Source: a virus. From it: 64,000 bases of DNA. The DNA is taken from IMG/VR virus record IMGVR_UViG_3300044946_000048, positions 1 through 64,000 of that record, one strand, 5' to 3'. Below are positions 27,889 through 34,368 of the stretch, piece after piece. Under the pieces are notes generated by a model. That model made no database searches. It was not told the origin of the DNA and worked only from the letters and a program-made list of their open reading frames with translations. Both the position numbers and the translations under genes were made by a program. Position 1 is the stretch's first letter. Every line of letters begins with the position of its first letter.

Positions 27889-28024
27889 TTCCAGGCAACA
27901 ATCGCGTCGAGAGTCTCTTGAAGAGGGAGTCGAACCCTGCGCCCGATTTTACTCGGGCACCCAGACCATCCTGGCTATCCCCACGTGGCGGGGATAGAAG
28001 TATCTCAAAACTACGGCACTGGAA
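27889..28024 (-). ncRNA. Y RNA-like molecule with a four-hairpin tRNA-like insert
   Basis: TTCCAG-TGCCGTAG-stem-ATACTTC...TTGTTGC-CTGGAA; same scaffold as the RNAs upstream of the Ro60-like gene; contains a GGTTCGACTCC T-arm. Confidence 0.65.
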
Positions 28025-28031
28025 AATTGTA

Positions 28032-28127
28032 AGTCGCAGGGCAACAGGCGCATCAGGATAGTGTGGGGATTTCACCCACGTTCCTTTTAGGCAAAGAAGT
28101 AACCCGACACTAACGGCACCTACGACT
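28032..28127 (-). ncRNA. Y RNA-like molecule
   Basis: AGTCGTAGG-TGCCGTTAG-TGTCGGG-TTACTTC...CCTGATG-CGC-CTGTTGC-CCTGCGACT. Confidence 0.68.
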
Positions 28128-28132
28128 AAAAT

Positions 28133-28208
28133 TGGCTGTGTCCCTCGGATTCGAACCGAGACCCTAGGCATTAACAGTGCCCTATCATACCAGTTAGACC
28201 AGAACACA
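28133..28208 (-). tRNA. tRNA-Asn(GTT)
   Basis: GGGCA-CTGTTAA-TGCCT; GCCA. Confidence 0.88.
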
Positions 28209-28218
28209 ACGTAAACTT

Positions 28219-28293
28219 TGGAGGCCCCACTCGGATTCAAACCGAGGTTAACGGTTTCGAAGACCGTAGTCCTATTCGCTGAACGATAGAGCC
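28219..28293 (-). tRNA. tRNA-Arg(TCG)
   Basis: ACGGT-CTTCGAA-ACCGT; CCA. Confidence 0.85.
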
Positions 28294-28298
28294 AAACT

Positions 28299-28373
28299 TG
28301 GAGGACCGTCGGGGAGTCGAACCCCGCTCCTGGCGTTCGTAGCGCCATGCATTGTCCGATATACGAACAGTCC
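28299..28373 (-). tRNA. tRNA-Arg(ACG)
   Basis: TGGCG-CTACGAA-CGCCA; CCA. Confidence 0.9.
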
Positions 28374-28384
28374 GCAAAAATTAA

Positions 28385-28457
28385 TTGAACGCATTCTCCG
28401 TCGTAACACAGAGACACAGGCACGAAGGTTACGATGTTCGTGTCGCCTTACGTTCAA
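28385..28457 (-). ncRNA. Unknown three-way-junction RNA with kissing loops
   Basis: Outer stem TTGAACGTA/TGCGTTCAA; loops containing CGTAAC and GTTACG. Confidence 0.55.
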
Positions 28458-28460
28458 AAT

Positions 28461-28536
28461 TGGTAGCCCGTAAGAGAATCGAACTCTTCCGGTCTGGGTG
28501 TAAACCAGATGCATACGACCAGTTTGCTAACAGGCT
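28461..28536 (-). tRNA. tRNA-Val(TAC)
   Basis: TCTGG-TTTACAC-CCAGA; CCA. Confidence 0.9.
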
Positions 28537-28601
28537 ACAGAAAATAGCGGCGTACTGCGATACAGGGCTTTCAACCTGCATACGAATTTTGCCGCGAAAT
28601 T

Positions 28602-28675
28602 TGGTGGACCGTGGGGGAGTCGGACCCCCAACGCTTCGGTGCAAGCGAAGCAGTATCCCATTTACCTAACAGCCC
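28602..28675 (-). tRNA. tRNA-Ala(TGC)
   Basis: CTTCG-CTTGCAC-CGAAG; G3.U70; CCA. Confidence 0.9.
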
Positions 28676-28682
28676 ATAAAAT

Positions 28683-28757
28683 TGGTTCCCAGGGATGGAG
28701 TCGAACCATCGGCCTCTTCTTTATCAGAGAAGCATTCTGCCGCTGAACTACCCGGAA
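28683..28757 (-). tRNA. tRNA-Ile(GAT)
   Basis: CTTCT-CTGATAA-AGAAG; CCA. Confidence 0.88.
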
Positions 28758-28764
28758 ACGAAAC

Positions 28765-28854
28765 TGGTGGAAGCGAAAGGATTCGAACCTTTTAGTGCCG
28801 CAAGGGCATTCTGTTTTACAGACAGACACGACCCGCCGTCTTCGCCGCACTTCC
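28765..28854 (-). tRNA. tRNA-Tyr(GTA)
   Basis: TCTGT-CTGTAAA-ACAGA; variable arm; CCA. Confidence 0.9.
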
Positions 28855-28867
28855 ACTGAAACTTGTC

Positions 28868-28956
28868 TGGGAACCGACGGGGGATTCTCCCGTCCCATCC
28901 TACGGGCCGCTAGCAGGTATCCGTAAGCATTCAATCTATCTCGAACTGCGTTCCCA
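28868..28956 (-). ncRNA. Aberrant cloverleaf tRNA-like RNA
   Basis: TGGGAAC/GTTCCCA stem, D-like arm, CTTACGG/CCGTAGG arm with 15-nt loop, GACGGG-AGAATCC-CCCGTC arm; no free CCA. Confidence 0.45.
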
Positions 28957-28963
28957 CGAAACT

Positions 28964-29038
28964 TGGTACCCCGACCGAGACTCGAACTCGGACATTCTCC
29001 TTAAAAGGGAGTATTGCTGCCACTCGCATCCTCAGGGT
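28964..29038 (-). tRNA. tRNA-Lys(TTT)
   Basis: CTCC-CTTTTAA-GGAG; CCA. Confidence 0.82.
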
Positions 29039-29156
29039 GTAAAATCTGTTCTAAAGATATCTTCCCTCTATCGAATTCCAATGTCCTTTGTCTTACAATG
29101 GTGTGGGCCTTAACTGCGTTCCTACGTGCTGCTTCACTATGTTTAACCGATCTCAT

Positions 29157-29215
29157 ATACCCTCCCTAAAGGGTAGTCCGGGGTGTTAGGGCACCCCGAA
29201 CCCGATGTAGCTACA
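29157..29215 (-). promoter_or_regulatory. Twin-hairpin kissing-loop element (copy 7), upstream of a short remnant ORF (ATG 29156)
   Basis: TGTAGCTACA, then CGGGGTG-CCCTAA-CACCCCG, then TACCCT-TTAGGG-AGGGTA-T-ATG. Confidence 0.75.
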
Positions 29216-29220
29216 AACTT

Positions 29221-29296
29221 TGGTGCGCCTACTCGGACTTGAACCGAGACCTTACCGGGTAAGAACCGGAGATTCTGCCACTCGAAATCCAGGCAC
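29221..29296 (-). tRNA. tRNA-Lys(CTT)
   Basis: CCGG-TTCTTAC-CCGG; CCA. Confidence 0.82.
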
Positions 29297-29306
29297 ACTG
29301 AAAACT

Positions 29307-29392
29307 TGGTGCGGCTGGCAGGATTCGGACCTGCACGCTCGTTGGAGCACGGGGGTTTAAGTCCCGCTTGTCTTCCATTCCATCACAACCGC
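29307..29392 (-). tRNA. tRNA-Leu(TAA)
   Basis: Loop CTTAAAC; variable arm; CCA. Confidence 0.85.
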
Positions 29393-29396
29393 AAAT

Positions 29397-29470
29397 TGGT
29401 CGTCGGTGAGTGAATCGAACACTCGTCAAGCCCTTATAAGGAGGCCATTCTGCCATTGAACTAACCGACA
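29397..29470 (-). tRNA. tRNA-Ile(TAT)
   Basis: Loop CTTATAA with an imperfect anticodon stem; good D, T and acceptor arms; CCA. Confidence 0.7.
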
Positions 29471-29565
29471 AAAATCAATGGGGCCTAGGCCGAGCTTTAA
29501 AAGGCTGGACCATGGAGCAGAAAGGTTCTCACGCCAGTGTGCTCTTAGTGAGAAGACCCCAAACT

Positions 29566-29636
29566 TGGTGCGGCCTCATCGAAACCGAACATTCGAATCG
29601 TTAAACCGACAATACTATCTGGCGATTGTCAGCCGC
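29566..29636 (-). ncRNA. CCA-terminated non-cloverleaf RNA
   Basis: GCGGCT/GGCCGC-A-CCA acceptor-like stem, GACAAT/ATTGTC hairpin and ATTCGAAT T-loop-like segment; no anticodon arm. Confidence 0.45.
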
Positions 29637-29734
29637 AAATCTTTTAGTCATTTTAGTCGGGCGGCTGGTTCACCGTGTCGGTAGCTAACCTAATTTCCCG
29701 ATTCGTACGTACTTTCCAGCCCGCACTCTAAACT

Positions 29735-29818
29735 TGGTCCGCCGCAAAGGATTTGAACCTTTACACCCGAAGGCGCTCGCTCTTGAGGCGAGTGCGTCTG
29801 CCGTTCCGCCAGCAGCGG
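29735..29818 (-). tRNA. tRNA-Leu(CAA)
   Basis: CTCGC-CTCAAGA-GCGAG; variable arm; CCA. Confidence 0.9.
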
Positions 29819-29886
29819 ATAATATTTTATGGAGCTTGTCGATGCTCCTGAACGAGGGCAGTTTTTATTCGTGCCCAGAGGAAACT

Positions 29887-29961
29887 TGGTCCTGAACCAG
29901 AGAGTCGAACTCCGTACGCCACCCTCTTCAGGGGTGCGCTCTACCGATGAGCTAGATCAGG
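29887..29961 (-). tRNA. tRNA-Phe(GAA)
   Basis: CACCC-CTGAAGA-GGGTG; CCA. Confidence 0.9.
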
Positions 29962-30075
29962 ATAAACTTTTCAAACAAGAGCGTAGTGCCTTAACCCGTT
30001 TGCTACGCCTTGTTCGCGCTGCATATAAGTTACTGCTCTGACTACTCACTGCATTCGGAGGGTTCCTCCGAAACT

Positions 30076-30151
30076 TGGGGTTGACGCTCGGACTCGAACC
30101 GAGACAGATTCCTTCACAGGGAGCCGTGCTAACCATTACACTACATCGACC
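30076..30151 (-). tRNA. tRNA-His(GTG)
   Basis: Loop CTGTGAA; G-1/C73; CCA. Confidence 0.88.
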
Positions 30152-30169
30152 ATTGAGCCCGACTTAATG

Positions 30170-30198
30170 ATTCTCTCACAACTTCGAAAACTTGTCAA
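30170..30198 (-). promoter_or_regulatory. Sigma70-type promoter for the tRNA array
   Basis: TTGACA-N17-GAGAAT with upstream AAAATAGT; a sibling TTGACA-N17-TATCAT lies at 30497..30525. Confidence 0.7.
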
Positions 30199-30279
30199 GC
30201 ACTATTTTTAACTTTCTTTAGTCGGTTGTATAGATGCTTGGGCGACTCGTCGTTACTGTTACGATAACGATGCCCTTCA

Positions 30280-30498
30280 TTAGAGTTTCGCCAAAACTAC
30301 CTTAACTCGGGTTGCTACTGCTGTGTATGCGGCCTTTGCATCGGCTGACAACTTACTGCCTACTGCACTGGCTTCAGCTTCGACGGCTGCTACTTCTGCC
30401 GCGACGGCTGTCTTAACCGTGCTTCCTGCCGTGTAGTGCTTGTAGACACCGTACCCGAAACCACCGACTGCTACTGCGGCTGCTAATTCTAAAATCAT
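30280..30498 (-). CDS. Small Ala-rich membrane-anchored protein
   Basis: AAGGAAGG RBS; N-terminal hydrophobic segment. Confidence 0.6.
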   Translation of the reverse strand: MILELAAAVAVGGFGYGVYKHYTAGSTVKTAVAAEVAAVEAEASAVGSKLSADAKAAYTAVATRVKVVLAKL

Positions 30499-30543
30499 GA
30501 TAACCTTCCTTTGGAAACTTGTCAAGTACTATTTTCAACTTTC

Positions 30544-30735
30544 TTAAGCCGGGCAGTCCGTCTTAGGAATCGTTAGCGGATGCTCCAAAACTTTACTTGA
30601 GTCCACTAGATGATCCCAATTCGAACCAGCCTGGTCTTTCGCTGACTTCCGTACCGTTCCCTCGACGCACTCTGCTTCCTTTACTGTCTGCTTCGGAATA
30701 GGTGCTCGTCCTGGGTATCCTTCGTAATCACTCAT
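30544..30735 (-). CDS. Small hypothetical protein
   Basis: Overlaps the stop of the upstream gene; colinear. Confidence 0.5.
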   Translation of the reverse strand: MSDYEGYPGRAPIPKQTVKEAECVEGTVRKSAKDQAGSNWDHLVDSSKVLEHPLTIPKTDCPA

Positions 30736-31249
30736 GGAACCATTTCCTTGTGTCAAAGCCTATCTGCTTAAAGGCTTCGATCACAGACTGCTTAAACTCT
30801 TCGAACTCTTCTCTAGAAACAGGTCCTGCTCTCAATCCCTGCCGCTCTTCCTGTTCTGCTCTCAAGGTCTCGTAAAGTTCGTTAAGCTGCTCTTGAGGGC
30901 TCGTCTCAGGCTGTTTCAAATCTGCTGGCATGTCCTCGAAGCAACAATGCGCCTGGGACAAAAGAATCTTCGCGACGTTTGCCGCGCTCGGAACCGCTAC
31001 CACTGGCATTCCCGTCTTCTCGTTATACCCGAACATCGGATTCGTGACAACTGGTAAAGGATTGTTCATCACATCCGGATCGACCATCAACCCCTTCTCA
31101 GCAAGAGCCTTGGTTACTTCGGGATTCTGAGCAACTTCCTGAATTAGGGACAAACTCTTATCCAATACTTCCTCGGCGGCAACTTCGGCCTGCGTCTGAG
31201 CGAACGCCGGGGTTGGTGCTACCCGGTTGACAATCTTATACTCTGACAT
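30728..31249 (-). CDS. Hypothetical protein, first gene of the leftward arm
   Basis: 173-aa ORF with ordinary composition. Confidence 0.6.
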   Translation of the reverse strand: MSEYKIVNRVAPTPAFAQTQAEVAAEEVLDKSLSLIQEVAQNPEVTKALAEKGLMVDPDVMNNPLPVVTNPMFGYNEKTGMPVVAVPSAANVAKILLSQAHCCFEDMPADLKQPETSPQEQLNELYETLRAEQEERQGLRAGPVSREEFEEFKQSVIEAFKQIGFDTRKWFHE

Positions 31250-31900
31250 GTCTCAATCCGATACGTCTCACTGAGAATCCAGCGGGAGGCGTGAGACGGC
31301 CTCATGAGACAAAATGCTGGTCTCAGACCCGATAATCTGCTAAGTCCTTTGTTTTCAACAACATAATATCAGAGTACCTGATACGTGTATGCTTCGCAAT
31401 CGAAAGCCCGGTCGCGGACCCGCCTGGGGGCGACCTGCCCCCGCCAAGTTACTGAAAAGAATGCTTTTAGCGTTAGCATCCCCGTAACTTCAACTTTTTC
31501 AATCACTTAACTTAAACTCTTTCGTTTCAATCACTTGGGTTTTCAAGAGCAATTCGCTGGCCATTTCAGCCTTGTTGCAAACTCGTTGCAAAGATTGCCT
31601 AACTTGTTTGCTTTCAATCACTTAGGATTTCTGCGTATAGTAAGTAACTATACGCGGTTCAGGCGCACGAACCACTATTTCAGGCTGCAAATCGTCTAAA
31701 CCCTTTGTTTTCAACGAAAATCGTTGTTTTTATTTCTGTTTTGACAGAAATGACTGAAATTTCTGTAATAATTGTTGGCACGCTGATTGCCGGACGCCCC
31801 GATGAGACGACCTCTGTCTCACCATTTTGTAAGTCGTTGAAACCATTAGTCTCAATCGCTAATCTCAATCTGAGACAATCTCATGCGAATTCGACCTCGG
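31250..31900. repeat. Non-coding repeat-rich block (candidate genome terminus/packaging site or origin)
   Basis: Three TTTCAATCACTT copies (~31497, ~31525, ~31612) plus variants, flanked by clusters of TGAGAC/GTCTCA; lies between the divergent arms. Confidence 0.6.
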
Positions 31901-31933
31901 TCAAAAATGACATTCGGGCGCTATACACTAGCC

Positions 31934-31965
31934 TGTCATAAGATGCGTGTATACCCTCGCCATTT
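31934..31965 (-). promoter_or_regulatory. Phage-specific promoter-like motif facing the virion/tRNA arm
   Basis: AAATGGCGAGGGTATACACGCATCTTATGACA, nearly identical to 37892..37924 on the + strand. Confidence 0.6.
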
Positions 31966-32312
31966 ATCAATCCAAAGCGTTCGAGGTGTTGCCATGGCAA
32001 CATCAGGTCCCTTATATAATGTACTAAGTGATGTAACATGACTCCGAGCCACGGCAACATCGAAGCGTTGACGTTGCGTTGACGCGGGATTATCACCAAA
32101 ACTCCGTGTACGTACACGGCAACACGAGTGACATTAGACGTGTACGTACTACCTATATCCATCGATATAAAGGAATTAAAACCTCATGTCAACACAACGT
32201 CAACTATCACGTCAACAGCCTAGTTTTCTAAATCGCTGCTCATACGTTATAAGCAGAAATGTGTTGACACGGAGCGTTGACGCGATATAATACCTCAGGT
32301 CAGAGGAGACTT

Positions 32313-32648
32313 ATGAATACATTCGAACTAACTAGAGAACAGCTTGAGCGACCAGGAGCATACATATTTTGGCTTGGAACAGTCTGCCAATATGTAGGTC
32401 AGGGAAAGAACTGCATTTCTCGGGCAACAGGATCAGGGCATCATGTGAAGCAAGTTCCAGGCTTCACATATGATAGAATCGAGTTTCGTTTTACCGAGAC
32501 AAGGGAGAAAGCATTGGAGTTAGAAACAGAGCTAATTCAAATGCTAAGTCCTGTGTTTAATAAGACTTATCACCCACCTGGATTCGCAACGCCATTGTGG
32601 AGCAGGCAACATGGTGTGAAAGTACCAAAATACATTGAGAAGCAGTAG
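32313..32648 (+). CDS. GIY-YIG nuclease-like protein
   Basis: PGAYIF...YVGQG...R...ALELETELI...PVFN. Confidence 0.75.
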   Translation: MNTFELTREQLERPGAYIFWLGTVCQYVGQGKNCISRATGSGHHVKQVPGFTYDRIEFRFTETREKALELETELIQMLSPVFNKTYHPPGFATPLWSRQHGVKVPKYIEKQ

Positions 32649-32664
32649 TACCAAAGTTTAGCCT

Positions 32665-32703
32665 GAAGTACTATTGCACTCAAACTCGACTTCAGGTATT
32701 ATG
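32665..32703 (+). promoter_or_regulatory. Early promoter repeat (copy 1)
   Basis: GAAGTACTATTG-N5-AAACTCGACTTCAGGTATTATG, repeated at 33779..33817; -10-like TATTAT. Confidence 0.6.
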
Positions 32704-32903
32704 TTCATATCATGAAAGACCAAACAAACACCGAGCGCATCATCACCCCGATTCGCATCCTAACCCAGGCTGAAGTTGATGCCTTGCTCCTCGACGCCAA
32801 GGCTAATGACTTTGACAGCGACGAAGACCGATATTCCACATCCGACCTAGCACGCTACCGGGCAATCGAAGCCAGAAAGTGCGTATAGTAATTATACTCG
32901 ATT

Positions 32904-32940
32904 ATACGTTAAGGATACGTTAAGGATACGTTAAGGATAC
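32904..32940 (+). repeat. Tandem 11-mer repeat
   Basis: (GTTAAGGATAC)x3. Confidence 0.9.
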
Positions 32941-33778
32941 TCTAATGGACACTAGACACGGTCTCAGGAATCTGATAATCTTAGTTGCGTTCAAGCTTCT
33001 AATGACTGCATGCCTGCTCAGGCAGAAAGGTTGGCTATAATGGACATCTTGATGCACTTCGTTGCTTGGTTCACGGTCCTCGCTGGACTTGTGAGGTACA
33101 CAGAGCGTAAGATGCGAGTAATCCTAGTCGTGCTATACCTCATAGGGTCATTCATTGCCTACAGCGGTGGACTTTGAGACTTTGGACCATTCGTGCTTGG
33201 ATACGAGACGTAAAGCGAGACTGCGTGTATGCAGCCGAATGTAAGTTCATATCAGACGCTGAGACCGTCGAAGAGGCATATCAGGCAGCCTATAGCTATG
33301 GATTCGCCTGTCTGCGTAAGCTCCACGACAAGGATATCGTCGCGAATGCTCAATTAAGTGTCAGACTGTCATCCGTATTGATTCAAAAGGGAGAATAAAA
33401 TGAACATTCTACGTATATCGATTATCGCACTCTTCATCATCGCATTCTATTTCGTTGTGATTGCAGTTCCGAGCGGCGTGTCACGCAAGCCAGAGCCCGT
33501 ATATTCCAAGGGCAAATGGTATTGTCCGGCAGGCTATCAGGTGACAGCAGGCGAGAACGATTTAGTCCAAGGCAAGGACTTTACGCAATGTTCAAAGTAA
33601 AAGCGCCGTTTACTATCAAATGGGAATACGGACCTCATAGGCCGTGCAAAGCATTGAGGCCTTATAAGCTATTCAATTGGTGCGTGCTAGGCTTTCTGTT
33701 CGATGCTGCGGGCAATGTGATTAAGAGCTATATTTGGTGGAAAGGTGAAGTACATTAGTACTAGTCAAAAATGAACCG

Positions 33779-33817
33779 GAAGTACTATTGGTTTTAAACT
33801 CGACTTCAGGTATTATG
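33779..33817 (+). promoter_or_regulatory. Early promoter repeat (copy 2)
   Basis: Near-identical to 32665..32703. Confidence 0.6.
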
Positions 33818-33863
33818 AGTACATCAAATCAAGAGCCCCTAAGGGGCAGAAAAGAGAAACAAA

Positions 33864-34368
33864 ATGAATCGCAAGCACGAACCCATGAGCAACGAAGCAA
33901 TTCAACAGATTGCCCCATCGGCGTTCGCTGGACAGGCGCACGATACCCGTTCAGAGCGTTATTCCTTCGTGCCAACGTCCGTGATTATCGATGGCATGCG
34001 GGAACACGGTTTCGTCCCCGTATATGCCTCGCAGTCTATTTCCCGCGTCCCTGGCAAGCAGTATTTCACCAAGCATCAAATCCGCTTCCAGGCTATCAAT
34101 AACCCTGTGATGAACCTAGGCGACGTTACAGCCGAAGTCATCCTGACGAATTCCATGGATGGCACGAGTCGCTATGAATTGTCCTGCGAATCGCGTACAA
34201 GAGAACACCCTGCAAGGCGGCTTCCGCTATAAGACGGAGACTGTCCCAGGCGATGCGAGCACGACACGCCGTGCACGTACTCGTGAAGTCAAGGGCATCG
34301 ATCAATCCACGAAACTCAACCGTGCGCTGTTCTCTCTCGCACAGAAAATGGCGGAACTGAAGAGGTAA
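33864..34368 (+). pseudogene. DUF932-family gene with internal deletion and frameshift
   Basis: N-terminal APSAFA...RSERY...FTKHQIRF...NSMDGTS; the C-terminal NRVQEN...GIDQSTKLNRALF follows immediately in another frame. Confidence 0.7.

Noticed and set aside
28868-28956. Amber suppressor tRNA or genetic recoding
   Set aside because: CTA lies in an oversized loop with no canonical anticodon arm, and genes read normally with TAG as a stop.
23500-30160. Many 60-220 aa ORFs listed across the tRNA array (e.g. 27758..28423, 27433..27810)
   Set aside because: They overlap tRNA or ncRNA genes, lack RBSs and have no protein-like motifs; treated as shadow ORFs.
23500-30160. HDV-like (theta) ribozymes at tRNA 3' ends, tmRNA or GOLLD RNA
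   Set aside because: I could not build the nested double pseudoknot after any tRNA, and no spacer is long enough or has the features of tmRNA or GOLLD. A covariance-model scan is needed to exclude them formally.
32904-32940. Possible CRISPR array
   Set aside because: An 11-nt tandem repeat without spacers; I saw no repeat-spacer array or cas gene anywhere in the window.
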